Shown: piece after piece, positions 9,284 to 18,961 of the stretch
Position numbering within the stretch: the stretch's first letter is position 1
Layout: each line of letters begins with the position of its first letter
Translations under genes and position numbers: made by a program
Assembly (NCBI GenBank): GCA_017435485.1
Contig: JAFSEY010000013.1
Coordinates: 600 to 64,599, forward strand
Reading direction: 5' to 3'
DNA length: 64,000 nucleotides
From: Bacilli bacterium
Lineage (GTDB): Bacteria; Bacillota_I; Bacilli_A; RF39; UBA660
Notes under the pieces: model-generated
The model's database searches: none
Told to the model about the DNA's origin: nothing
What the model saw: the letters and a program-made list of their open reading frames with translations, nothing else

Positions 9284-9734
9284 ATCTTCCTTTAGATTTT
9301 TCTTGTTCGTTTTCAAAATTAAACATATTGTTGAAAGCTCTTATTTGAATTAATTTTTCACTTAGTGATCGTTCTAATCCTTCTAGCTGTTCTAAAAACA
9401 TTGTTTCTTTTTCCATTTTAATTTTATTATGATATTTATATAATAAAATTTCTTTTAATTTTGCCACTTCATCTAATGCAATAATACAATCACCTTCTGA
9501 AGTATCACTAGCATGAAGGATACTTAATACAATCATTACTAAACGTTTATATTTTTCTTTGAATTTTATCGTAATTAATTTGTCTACTAAACTAGGTTTT
9601 ACAATCATTATTTCATCAACTTTTAATTGATTATTTCCGTTGTTTTTTGATTTCATGTTATAACCTGTAAGATCATAGTTGTAATAAATTATTTCTTTTT
9701 TATCATCACTTTTTCTAATCACATAATTTTTCAT
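9282..9734 (-). CDS. hypothetical protein (150 aa) inserted downstream of trmD
   Basis: ORF with no recognisable motif, in a position where Bacillus has rplS directly after trmD. Confidence 0.45.
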   Translation of the reverse strand: MKNYVIRKSDDKKEIIYYNYDLTGYNMKSKNNGNNQLKVDEIMIVKPSLVDKLITIKFKEKYKRLVMIVLSILHASDTSEGDCIIALDEVAKLKEILLYKYHNKIKMEKETMFLEQLEGLERSLSEKLIQIRAFNNMFNFENEQEKSKGR

Positions 9735-9742
9735 TGTACCAC

Positions 9743-10405
9743 CTACTTTAATAAATCTGGTCTTTTTTCTTTAGTTTTTTTTATTTGCATTTCTTTACGA
9801 TAGTCAGCTATTTTTTTATGATCTCCACTCAATAATATTTCTGGTACTGTTAAACCACGATATTCCCTTGGCTTAGTATATGTCGGATAATCTAACAAAT
9901 TATTTTCAAAGCTTTCACTTTCTAAACTGCCACTAGTAATTACCCCATCTACTAATCTACTAATAGAATCTATTAATATCATGGCAGGAATTTCTCCACC
10001 TGTTAAAATAAAATCCCCTATACTGATTTCACAATCTATTAACGTTTTTATTCTTTCATCAAAACCTTCATAATGGCCACATATAATTATTAAATGTTTT
10101 TCTTTAGAAAATTCCTTGGCTGTACTTTGATTATACGTTTTACCTTCTGGAGTTAAGAGTATGACTTTACTTTCAGGCGTTTTGATATCATCAATAGCTA
10201 AAAAGATTGGTTCACATCTTAATACCATTCCACTTCCTCCACCATAAGGAGTATCATCAACTTGTTGATTGTTTAGTGGTGAATAGTCGCGAAAATTTAT
10301 AATATTTATTTCAATTAAATTTTTCTCGATAGCTCTTTTAATAATTGATTCTTCTAAAATATTTTTGAACATATTTGGAAATAAAGTTAATATATCTATT
10401 CTCAT
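9743..10405 (-). CDS. trmD: tRNA (guanine37-N1)-methyltransferase
   Basis: MRIDILTLFPNMF..., YGGGSGMV; 220 aa. Confidence 0.95.
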   Translation of the reverse strand: MRIDILTLFPNMFKNILEESIIKRAIEKNLIEINIINFRDYSPLNNQQVDDTPYGGGSGMVLRCEPIFLAIDDIKTPESKVILLTPEGKTYNQSTAKEFSKEKHLIIICGHYEGFDERIKTLIDCEISIGDFILTGGEIPAMILIDSISRLVDGVITSGSLESESFENNLLDYPTYTKPREYRGLTVPEILLSGDHKKIADYRKEMQIKKTKEKRPDLLK

Positions 10406-10923
10406 AAAATCAAGTCCTTAGCTTTCTTAGTATAAACTATATTATTTTCTAAATCTACTTTTTCAATATAATTGCCTTTTAAAGGAATATAAAATTTTTT
10501 AATTCCTTCAACTAATAATAAATCATTACCGTTATTATATATTATTTCTTTGATAACGCCAAGTTTTTCATTGTTTTCCATTATTGTACAAAGGATTAAC
10601 TCTTCTACAACATAATCATCTTTATTTATGTTTAAATCTGCTCTTTTAATATAAACCGGTAACGATTTTAATTTTAAAGCTTCATTAATATCATTTATCC
10701 CTTCTAATGTAACCATTTCAAAATCTTTATGATGACGATAAGAAATTATTTGATATGGATAATAATCTTTGCCTATATATATATTAAAATTAGGTATTAA
10801 TACTTCTTCTTTTCGTTCAAAATTACTTTTTATTCTTATTTCGCCCTTTATACCATGGGTACTAACTATTTTACCAAAATATAAATATTCTTTCATATAC
10901 TCACTCTTTATCATAAATTTCAT
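10402..10923 (-). CDS. rimM: 16S rRNA processing protein RimM
   Basis: FGKIVSTHGIKGEIRIKS N-terminus; position upstream of trmD. Confidence 0.9.
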   Translation of the reverse strand: MKFMIKSEYMKEYLYFGKIVSTHGIKGEIRIKSNFERKEEVLIPNFNIYIGKDYYPYQIISYRHHKDFEMVTLEGINDINEALKLKSLPVYIKRADLNINKDDYVVEELILCTIMENNEKLGVIKEIIYNNGNDLLLVEGIKKFYIPLKGNYIEKVDLENNIVYTKKAKDLIL

Positions 10924-11626
10924 GCATGATAATGGATGCGGCTACTCCAGCATTTAGTGATTCACAAGCAGGGTTCATTGTTAATGTTATAAATTTATCA
11001 CAAATACTTTGGCACTCTTTGCTCATACCTTTTCCTTCATTGCCTATTATTATAGCTACTTTTTCATTTTTCGCAATATTTTTAATAGAAACTCCATTAT
11101 TTAATGAAGTACCATAGATCATATAGTTGTTTTGTTTTAGTTGTTCTACACAATTTTTAACATCACTTCGGATGACATTACTATAAAAAATCATTCCTTC
11201 GCTCGATCTAATTACTTTTTCGTTGTATAAATCAACGCAGTTGTTTACTAGAATGATAGTTTTAAAATCAAAAGCTATACTACTTCTTATTATTGTTCCT
11301 AAATTTCCTGGATCTTGAATCTCGTCTAATATCAAAACATTTCCATAAATTTCTTTTTCCGATAGTTTTTGACAAATACCAATTATTGAAGGAGCACTTT
11401 TTTGATTAGATATTTTTTTCATAATATCACTAGTTACTTGATATGTATCTACACTAAATTCTTTATTCAATGTAGTTATAATTTCTAATAGTACATTATT
11501 TTTTAAAGCTTCCTCTATTAAATGGTCACCTTCAACTATAAATTTATTCTCGTTATCGCGAAATTTTTTATCATATAATTTAGCCCAATATTTAACTTTA
11601 GCATTATTTAAACTAGTTATTTCCAT
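10901..11626 (-). CDS. TrmH/SpoU-family RNA 2'-O-methyltransferase
   Basis: LILDEIQDPGNLGTIIRSS, GNEGKGMS and ESLNAGVAASIIMHE are SPOUT motifs. Confidence 0.8.
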   Translation of the reverse strand: MEITSLNNAKVKYWAKLYDKKFRDNENKFIVEGDHLIEEALKNNVLLEIITTLNKEFSVDTYQVTSDIMKKISNQKSAPSIIGICQKLSEKEIYGNVLILDEIQDPGNLGTIIRSSIAFDFKTIILVNNCVDLYNEKVIRSSEGMIFYSNVIRSDVKNCVEQLKQNNYMIYGTSLNNGVSIKNIAKNEKVAIIIGNEGKGMSKECQSICDKFITLTMNPACESLNAGVAASIIMHEIYDKE

Positions 11627-11628
11627 AT

Positions 11629-12276
11629 TTACTCCTTTAATTTTTTTCTTGCTTCTTTATATTTTGGATACGCTTGCGATACTAAGTCCCAAAATTTTTT
11701 CCCATGATTGCCTTCAAAAAAGTGACACATTTCATGAATAATTACATAATCAATTAAATCAATATCTTTTTCTAATAATAAACTATTTAAAGTGATAGTG
11801 TTATTTCTTCTATTACATACACCCCATCTTGTTTTCATTTTACGAACCTTTAAAGTAAACTCAGGGAGTTTTCGAAAACATTGACGGCACTTATCACATT
11901 CTTCAGTAAAAACATTAAAACACTCATCTTTAATAAATTTTTCTAACATTTTTTCATCTTTAGAATAAATAGTTTTTTCTTCGTTATTTAGTATAACACT
12001 TTCTTTATTTTCATCAAACATTAATAAATAATTTTCTCCTAGATATTTAAAATAATTAGATGGATTTATTTTTTCTTTTTGTTTTGCATACATTTTTTCT
12101 AAACTAGCTTTATTCGATTCAACCATTTTCAATATTTCTTTTTCTTTTACAAATATTGGACATGTTATATACAATTTTAAATCTTCTTTAATTCGAAAAT
12201 AAGCATTTTTATTTTTTTTGCGAATAATAATTATTTCTACATCATTTCCTAACAAATCACATTTCATTAGTTTCAC
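11629..12276 (-). CDS. YgjP-like (DUF45/WLM) metal-dependent hydrolase
   Basis: C-terminal YVIIHEMCHFFEGNHGKKFW (HExxH zinc motif of the YgjP family). Confidence 0.7.
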   Translation of the reverse strand: MKLMKCDLLGNDVEIIIIRKKNKNAYFRIKEDLKLYITCPIFVKEKEILKMVESNKASLEKMYAKQKEKINPSNYFKYLGENYLLMFDENKESVILNNEEKTIYSKDEKMLEKFIKDECFNVFTEECDKCRQCFRKLPEFTLKVRKMKTRWGVCNRRNNTITLNSLLLEKDIDLIDYVIIHEMCHFFEGNHGKKFWDLVSQAYPKYKEARKKLKE

Positions 12277-12325
12277 CTATCTAATTTTAACATAAGAAAG
12301 AAAAAAATTGTAGTTTAAACCACAA

Positions 12326-12592
12326 TTATTTATTTCGCGTTTCATATTGACCATTTTTTTGTAAAATTTTTCTTAATATCGGAGTTCTTGCTTGAGCAGT
12401 ATACCCTAGTTCTCTTAATAAAAAAGCCATTTCAGCAAGTGCTTCTTCACTAACATAACCAACTATTATTTCATTAGTAGATAAATCCATATATTTTGAC
12501 AATCTTGCTTGTAATCCTTCTTCATATACTCTATATTTATTTCCTGGACTTTCTAGAAATTCTTCTAAAAAAAGTTGTCCTTCTATTTCCAT
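12326..12592 (-). CDS. hypothetical 88-aa protein, translationally coupled to the paralog operon
   Basis: Its start overlaps the stop of the 12592..13866 gene. No motif recognised. Confidence 0.4.
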   Translation of the reverse strand: MEIEGQLFLEEFLESPGNKYRVYEEGLQARLSKYMDLSTNEIIVGYVSEEALAEMAFLLRELGYTAQARTPILRKILQKNGQYETRNK

Positions 12593-13866
12593 TACACTGT
12601 CCCTTTTTTATTAGACTTTAATCTTAATCTTGCTAACTCATCTATTTTATTAAATGCTATTCTTACTTCTTTGAGATACTCGTATAAATCACACCAAGCC
12701 ATTGCAACTAATTCTTTATAGTCTTCATATGTAACTTCATTTTTAGCATATGAAATAATTTCTCGGTCAATTGATTGGACTAAATAAGTTAGATTAAAAA
12801 TTACATATTTATAAAGTCCATCATTATTAAAGTATTCACTCGATATAATATAATTTGCGAAATTATAAATACTTTCCACCCTATTAAATTCTTCTTCTTT
12901 TTTTATTTGGGCAATTTTTTGTTTTAATAAATTAGCTTCCATTAATTCATTATGCTTGGCTATTTTTATTAAAATTAATTTTTTGTTTTCTTCAGATATT
13001 TTTATTTTTTCGCATAACGAAAGAATTTCTATTGTTAGTTGCTCATCAATATATTCAGCATATAATATTTTATAATTATTTAAATCAATATAATTTCTTA
13101 ACTGTAAATAAATTTTATTGTTTGCATTCATTTGAGCAATAATATCTTCTGATGTTTTTGTATTTCCCGGAATAATTTCTGCTTTTTTGACTGGAATTTT
13201 TTCTTGAGAATATTTTTGAGACATTAATTTATGTTCACTTACATTCATAACACGACTTGCTTGTCCAGGAGATAGCATAAGAAATTTAGTCAAAGTATTA
13301 AAGACACTTTCATCTTTTTCACTACCTTCGATTTTACCATCCAATTTAAAAATCGTTTCTATTTTATCTAAGTGAGTTCTAAGTCTTAAAGCATACATGC
13401 TTATTTCTTCTGTACTAATTTCATTTGATTTAGTTAATGAAAGTCTTTCTACTATTTTATCAGTAGTGTAGTATTTAGCAAAAATATTTATAAACATTGC
13501 TAGTATAGAATCTTTTTGAGTTTTATTTAATCCCAAACTATTTATAATTATTTCTAGTGTAGCAAAACAATCAACATTTAATCTTAACCCTAATGAATAT
13601 TCATATAATCTTATTACTCTATAAACCATCTCTTTTTTTGTTAAAAATTGCTCGTTTTTATCATTTATTAATAAGCAATTAAATCCTATCATATTAACAT
13701 TATTTTCTTTAAGCACCTTTGTCATTTCAGGACTTATCTTTAATTCTGCTAATTCAGAATCTAAATCAAATAAATATTTATTTGATTTACTCAAATGTTC
13801 ACATAATTCATTTGTTAATTTTTTTAATAATTCAATTAATTTAATCCGAAATTCTTCAATTGGCAT
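12592..13866 (-). CDS. uncharacterised alpha-helical protein, tandem paralog family member 5 of 5
   Basis: Shares the ISEENKKLILIKIAKHN block and a helix-rich architecture with the four genes upstream of it. Confidence 0.6.
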   Translation of the reverse strand: MPIEEFRIKLIELLKKLTNELCEHLSKSNKYLFDLDSELAELKISPEMTKVLKENNVNMIGFNCLLINDKNEQFLTKKEMVYRVIRLYEYSLGLRLNVDCFATLEIIINSLGLNKTQKDSILAMFINIFAKYYTTDKIVERLSLTKSNEISTEEISMYALRLRTHLDKIETIFKLDGKIEGSEKDESVFNTLTKFLMLSPGQASRVMNVSEHKLMSQKYSQEKIPVKKAEIIPGNTKTSEDIIAQMNANNKIYLQLRNYIDLNNYKILYAEYIDEQLTIEILSLCEKIKISEENKKLILIKIAKHNELMEANLLKQKIAQIKKEEEFNRVESIYNFANYIISSEYFNNDGLYKYVIFNLTYLVQSIDREIISYAKNEVTYEDYKELVAMAWCDLYEYLKEVRIAFNKIDELARLRLKSNKKGTV

Positions 13867-13879
13867 TTAATACTCACTC

Positions 13880-15067
13880 CTAAAAATCTCTTTTGTTATT
13901 TTTTCTTATTCTTAAAGCAACATTTTTTATTTCATTATATTGCAGTAATTCCGTTAGTATCTCTTTTAAGGATTCAAATAATACTGCTAAATAAATTGGT
14001 AAATCCACTTTTTTTACACCTTCATTTATATATTCTAAAATCAAGTTATCTATCTCGCTTTTAATTTCGATAAGTTTTTTAAATAAATATTGATAATTGT
14101 AATTTAGGACTAACGTTTGATTTTTCAACAAAATTTCAGTTGTTTCATAATCATAAGTCATTATTTCAGAAAAATATACTCTTTTTGTTTCTAATATTTG
14201 AAATTTTACTTTATCCTCATTTAGTTTTTGATTATGCTTAGCAATATTTAATAATATTTTTGTTTTATTTTCTTCAGAAATATTAAGTTTTAATGCTAGC
14301 ATCATAATTTGAAGTTTTAAATCATCATTTATAAATTCTTCTATAAGAACTATATATGTTTCACCTTTTAAATCTATATATTTGTTTAAAATATTATATA
14401 GGTTTTGTTTTTCTTTTAGGGAAATATCTACAACCTTTTTTTGTTTTTCCGGCAATTTAAATTCTTGTTTCGGTTTATCTACTTTATTTGCTTTTATATA
14501 TAATCTATTACACTCATTAATAATTTCCTGAGCTTGGCGAGGAGTTATAAAAAGTATTTTAATTAAATCATTAATATTACTATCTTCAATACTAACTGGA
14601 TTTATTTTCTCTTCTTCATTAATATATTTACGTAAATTTAATATTCTTGCACGCATTTCTTTAGCAATTTTTTTAATAAGTTTATTTTTTTCTTCGTCAC
14701 CAATGTCCGTTTTGCTTTCACTTATACCTTTAAGATAAAAAATAAGATATTCTATTGTAACCTGGTTAATTGCTTGATTTAAAACATGTGCTAATATCAT
14801 TAATCTGTCTTTTGGTTGTACCCTTATTTTTTCAAATGCTTTATCGATTATTGGAAAACAAGTATAGCAAAAGTCGTCATTTGCAATTGCATCACTAACG
14901 ATTTGTAATTCTTTCGAAAATTTTTGTTCATCATTTTCGAATTCAATAGTTACATATTTGGTTCCACAAATCCCTATGTTTTCACTTGTTATTTTTTGAC
15001 TAACTGCTTTAGGACAAGTTTTTATTGCTAACAAATGCATTTCTTTACAAAATTCTTGTAATGTCAT
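13880..15067 (-). CDS. uncharacterised alpha-helical protein, tandem paralog family member 4 of 5
   Basis: Shares YINEEEKINPVS...ITPRQAQEIINECN and ISEENKTKILLNIAKHN blocks with the other family members. Confidence 0.6.
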   Translation of the reverse strand: MTLQEFCKEMHLLAIKTCPKAVSQKITSENIGICGTKYVTIEFENDEQKFSKELQIVSDAIANDDFCYTCFPIIDKAFEKIRVQPKDRLMILAHVLNQAINQVTIEYLIFYLKGISESKTDIGDEEKNKLIKKIAKEMRARILNLRKYINEEEKINPVSIEDSNINDLIKILFITPRQAQEIINECNRLYIKANKVDKPKQEFKLPEKQKKVVDISLKEKQNLYNILNKYIDLKGETYIVLIEEFINDDLKLQIMMLALKLNISEENKTKILLNIAKHNQKLNEDKVKFQILETKRVYFSEIMTYDYETTEILLKNQTLVLNYNYQYLFKKLIEIKSEIDNLILEYINEGVKKVDLPIYLAVLFESLKEILTELLQYNEIKNVALRIRKNNKRDF

Positions 15068-15068
15068 A

Positions 15069-16337
15069 TTAACTTTCCTTTTTAATTCTTTCTAAAGATT
15101 GGTTAATTATTTTATAGTGTTTTGCTTCTAGTAATACATTATTTAAATCTTCAAAAGATAAATATAATAATTCATTAAAATCTTCTAAAGTCAGTTCTTC
15201 TTTTATTAAGCCTAATATTGTTGCATCAATACTTTCTTTCGCAACTTTCAACTTCGCGATAATATAATTTAACGATTGATCTTTTATAAGACAAATATCA
15301 TTAACAATACATCTTACTTTATTATAAGCAAAATGCATATCTTCAGTAAAATATGTAGTTTTTATTTCTTCTATGGCTAGCATTAATTTTTCTTGTTCTG
15401 CTTTTAATCTAGCTTCTTCTTTTTGTTTTAAAATCATATTATTATGTTTTTCAATTAGCAATAATATATTTCTTTGATTGTCTTCTGATATTCCTATTAT
15501 TTTAGCTAATCTTATTATTTCTATCTTTTTATTCTCATCAATTTCTTCTTCAAAAACAACAATATAATTTGCCCCAACGCGATTGATATATTTATTAAAC
15601 ATATAATGTGCCTCTTTATTCGGTTTTGCTAACGATAAAGTAGCATCACTTACCTTTGATTTATCATTTACCGATAAAATTATAAATTCTTTTTTAGTAG
15701 ATTTATTTATTTGCGCAAATTTTTTGTTACACTCATCAAGAATTATTTGAGTAAGATTAGTTGGAATTGATAGAATATGCGAAATATCATTTATTGAACT
15801 TTCATTTTTGGGAACCGGTAATATGTTGCCGTCTTCATCAATATACTTTCTAATTATCTTAAGATCTTGAAGTTGTAATTTTACTTGATTTTCAATTTCT
15901 TCTTCCGAATGATGTTTATATTTTAATTTTTTTACTGCATCAGGATACCGCAAAACAGCTTGATTCTCTTCATGTAGCCATTTTTTTAATTCTTCTTTTG
16001 TACAAAGATTAATTGCCCAATTTATTCTATCAAGTGTGATAGCTAAACAATCTTCTTTTGAAATTTTTAATAAACTTAAAGTATAATCCAGATATTTAAA
16101 GAAAAACATATTAAAAAGATTTTCTTCTATCATCCTTTTAGTCAAATTAAAAATATCATATATTTTTCTTAATTCTTGATAACTTTTCGTCATTTTAATG
16201 TTGTCATACTTTAAAGGATCAAAATCATTTTTTATTTCAAAACCCATAAAACAATCTTGATGCTCAAATTCATCATTGCCTTTTTTGATCTCTTTCATCC
16301 AACTACTTATTAACTTTATAAACTCTTCTATAGTCAT
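15069..16337 (-). CDS. uncharacterised alpha-helical protein, tandem paralog family member 3 of 5
   Basis: Shares YIDEDGNILPVP and ISEDNQRNILLLIEKHN blocks with the other family members. Confidence 0.6.
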   Translation of the reverse strand: MTIEEFIKLISSWMKEIKKGNDEFEHQDCFMGFEIKNDFDPLKYDNIKMTKSYQELRKIYDIFNLTKRMIEENLFNMFFFKYLDYTLSLLKISKEDCLAITLDRINWAINLCTKEELKKWLHEENQAVLRYPDAVKKLKYKHHSEEEIENQVKLQLQDLKIIRKYIDEDGNILPVPKNESSINDISHILSIPTNLTQIILDECNKKFAQINKSTKKEFIILSVNDKSKVSDATLSLAKPNKEAHYMFNKYINRVGANYIVVFEEEIDENKKIEIIRLAKIIGISEDNQRNILLLIEKHNNMILKQKEEARLKAEQEKLMLAIEEIKTTYFTEDMHFAYNKVRCIVNDICLIKDQSLNYIIAKLKVAKESIDATILGLIKEELTLEDFNELLYLSFEDLNNVLLEAKHYKIINQSLERIKKES

Positions 16338-17584
16338 ATTTTAGATTCCTTTCTTATTCTTGGCATGTTGTAATCTCGTACTTGCTTTAAACTTTTATCT
16401 ATATCACTTAAAGCAATCATAATATAATCAATTTGAAAATCTCTATCTTCTTTTGATCCATTAAACATTTCATATATTGTTTGATCTATTATATTAATAC
16501 TAGAAGTTATTATTCCATTTAAATAACTTAATTGTGTTTTGCTTTGTAAAGCTTGAGAATATATGTCTTCTGCTAAAGATTCAAAGTTTTTGTCTTCTTT
16601 TAGATCAATTTCAGCAAAAATATCATTTCTAAATTGTGCTATATCTTTTTCAATATAATCTTGATTACTTTTTTTTATATTAGATAGTATTATACTTACT
16701 TTTTCCACCGAATATCCCAATAAATTAATTAGTTGTGATACTGTAGTAATTTGATCTTCATCTAGATAATCTACTGGCATATTATTTTCCAAATTTATAT
16801 ATTGTTTTAACTCAAAAGCTAATTGTTTTTGCTTTTTATAGTTAGTGCCATCAGAAACTGATTTGTCTTTTGCTTTTAATGTTGCTTGTTTTATCAAAAT
16901 AATATTGTTTGATTTTTCAATTGAGCTTAACACAGTAGCAATTTCTTCTTCGCTATAATTTAGAGTTCGCATATTTTTCTTTGCTCTTTCAATTTCTTCA
17001 GATGATATCATTCTTTTATATTCTGTTATATCATCAATTAGCTTTTTCATTTCTAATGCTATCTTCTTTAAAAGGAATTCTTGTTTTTGAAGTTTCTTGT
17101 ATCTAGAATTACTTAAAACTAATATATCTCTAATATATTGTTTAGCTACTGGAACATACATTTGAATAGATGCGATCTCATTAATATCCCATTTACAATT
17201 GCAAGGTAAAATTTCTCCATCACTAGAAATAATTGTTCTTATCCTTTTTAAATTCGCATGCAACATATCATATTTTTTTTCACTTGAAAAAGCCGTTTTT
17301 GTCATATATATTTTTCTATTTTCTTTTGTATCTTCTTCAAATATAATCATGCATTTATTTATATAGTAAGCTATAACTTCGGTTTTTTCTTCATCACTAA
17401 GATTTGTATTAATAAGAAGAGTCATTAAACTTCTAAAAACATCTGGAAAATACGATGTTTTTTTTGCCTCAAGTAACTTTGTTATACTTTTGGCCATAAC
17501 GTCAGTAAATCTAAATTCTTTATTTAAATAAAGAATGAATTCTTCATCATTAATAATATTTTTAAATTTTTCTATAGTTTGCAC
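16334..17584 (-). CDS. uncharacterised alpha-helical protein, tandem paralog family member 2 of 5
   Basis: Its closest relative is the 17663..18886 gene (ELKQYI..DYLDEDQI...LGYSVEK..IILSNIKKSN; C-terminal DYIMIALSDIDK). Confidence 0.6.
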   Translation of the reverse strand: MQTIEKFKNIINDEEFILYLNKEFRFTDVMAKSITKLLEAKKTSYFPDVFRSLMTLLINTNLSDEEKTEVIAYYINKCMIIFEEDTKENRKIYMTKTAFSSEKKYDMLHANLKRIRTIISSDGEILPCNCKWDINEIASIQMYVPVAKQYIRDILVLSNSRYKKLQKQEFLLKKIALEMKKLIDDITEYKRMISSEEIERAKKNMRTLNYSEEEIATVLSSIEKSNNIILIKQATLKAKDKSVSDGTNYKKQKQLAFELKQYINLENNMPVDYLDEDQITTVSQLINLLGYSVEKVSIILSNIKKSNQDYIEKDIAQFRNDIFAEIDLKEDKNFESLAEDIYSQALQSKTQLSYLNGIITSSINIIDQTIYEMFNGSKEDRDFQIDYIMIALSDIDKSLKQVRDYNMPRIRKESKI

Positions 17585-17662
17585 TTAAAACACCCCTTTT
17601 GATGTGTTTTATATACTATCATAAAACAGCTTCAAAGTAAACAAAAAGCATCTATTAGACGC

Positions 17663-18886
17663 TCATGATTTTCTTTTTCTAAGCAGATTCCATTCGATAG
17701 CTTGCGCAAAACATTGATCTATGTCATTTAAGGCTTCCATAATATATTCGATATAGAAAGTTCTTTCTTCTGAAAATTCTACTAATTCTCTAACTGAATT
17801 TTGAATTTCATTTAAAGCTGCTTTAATTCGATTATTTAATTCTTCTATTTTAGTTTCGTTTTTTAAAGCAACTTCATATATTTCTGAAGATAAAGCTGTA
17901 AATGGCTTATCTTTTCTAGAATCTATTTCTTTAAAAACATCTTCTCTAGTTTTTTCTAATTGGAATCGATTTTCATCACACATAATTTTTTCATTATATT
18001 TTTTTATATTATTTAATATAGTGTTTTTTCGTTCCTCTGAATATCCTAATTCTTGTATTAAATTTATAACTAAATTAATTTGATCATCTGATAGATAATC
18101 ATATGGCTTATCATCATCTCCAATAAATTGTTTTAATTCATGGGCTAAATTCTTTATTTGCTTATAATCTACTGATTTTATTGGTTTAGGGGCATTATCT
18201 TTAGGGTGACTCATACGATATAATTTATTATTCTTTTCAATTTGATTTTCAACATTTTGAATCTCTTCTGGAGAATAGCCTTGCTTTCTCATTAATTTTT
18301 TAATATCTTCTATTTCTTTGGTATTGTAAAATTTATTATTATCAATCAATGACTCTAAATGTCTAATTAATTCAATAGCTTCTTGTTTACGTCTGGCTAC
18401 TTTTTTTGAAATTTCTTCGTCTTTTTTATTACTTAATTTTATTATTTTAATAATATTTTCTTCGTTATTGACGCAAAAAGATTGAAATAAATTAATTATA
18501 TCTTCTGTAGGCTTAATTAGACACGGCACAATATTGCCTTCTTCATCTATGTATGCTCTCAATATCTTTGCTTTAATACACAGGCTATCATATATTTTTC
18601 CCTCTTCATTACCATGAATTTTAATATATTCAGCTCTATGGTCACTATTTCCATTATAAAATTTTAAAATTTTATTATATAAATAAGCATTTATCTCAGT
18701 TTTTTCTTTTTCACTAAAACCTAACCAACTAAGTATTATTTTTATATCCATTAATTCGCTATTAGCATAAACCAAGTATTCTCTATCAATGAAATCCATA
18801 AACATTGAAGCATTAAATTCTCCTACTTTATCTATAAATCTTTGACTACTAACTAATTTTTTTAATTTTTCTACGCTTTCCATCAT
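17663..18886 (-). CDS. uncharacterised alpha-helical protein, tandem paralog family member 1 of 5
   Basis: Shares YIDEEGNIVPCL; ELKQFI..DYLSDDQI..LGYSEERKNTILNNIKKYN; C-terminal EYIMEALNDIDQ with the other family members. Confidence 0.6.
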   Translation of the reverse strand: MMESVEKLKKLVSSQRFIDKVGEFNASMFMDFIDREYLVYANSELMDIKIILSWLGFSEKEKTEINAYLYNKILKFYNGNSDHRAEYIKIHGNEEGKIYDSLCIKAKILRAYIDEEGNIVPCLIKPTEDIINLFQSFCVNNEENIIKIIKLSNKKDEEISKKVARRKQEAIELIRHLESLIDNNKFYNTKEIEDIKKLMRKQGYSPEEIQNVENQIEKNNKLYRMSHPKDNAPKPIKSVDYKQIKNLAHELKQFIGDDDKPYDYLSDDQINLVINLIQELGYSEERKNTILNNIKKYNEKIMCDENRFQLEKTREDVFKEIDSRKDKPFTALSSEIYEVALKNETKIEELNNRIKAALNEIQNSVRELVEFSEERTFYIEYIMEALNDIDQCFAQAIEWNLLRKRKS

Positions 18887-18930
18887 ATCCCTCTTTTAGT
18901 GCTAATTATGTTATCATGAAATAATTTTGT

Positions 18931-18961
18931 TGTAAACAAAAAGCATCAGAATTTGATGCTT
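18931..18961 (-). terminator. intrinsic terminator (aagcatca-gaatt-tgatgctt plus TTTGTTTAC) overlapping the glyQS stop codon
   Basis: Perfect 8-bp palindromic stem and U-rich tail, as read from the sequence. Confidence 0.6.

Noticed and set aside
10769-11117. 62- and 63-aa plus-strand ORFs overlapping rimM and the TrmH-like gene.
   Set aside because: Antisense to well-supported genes.
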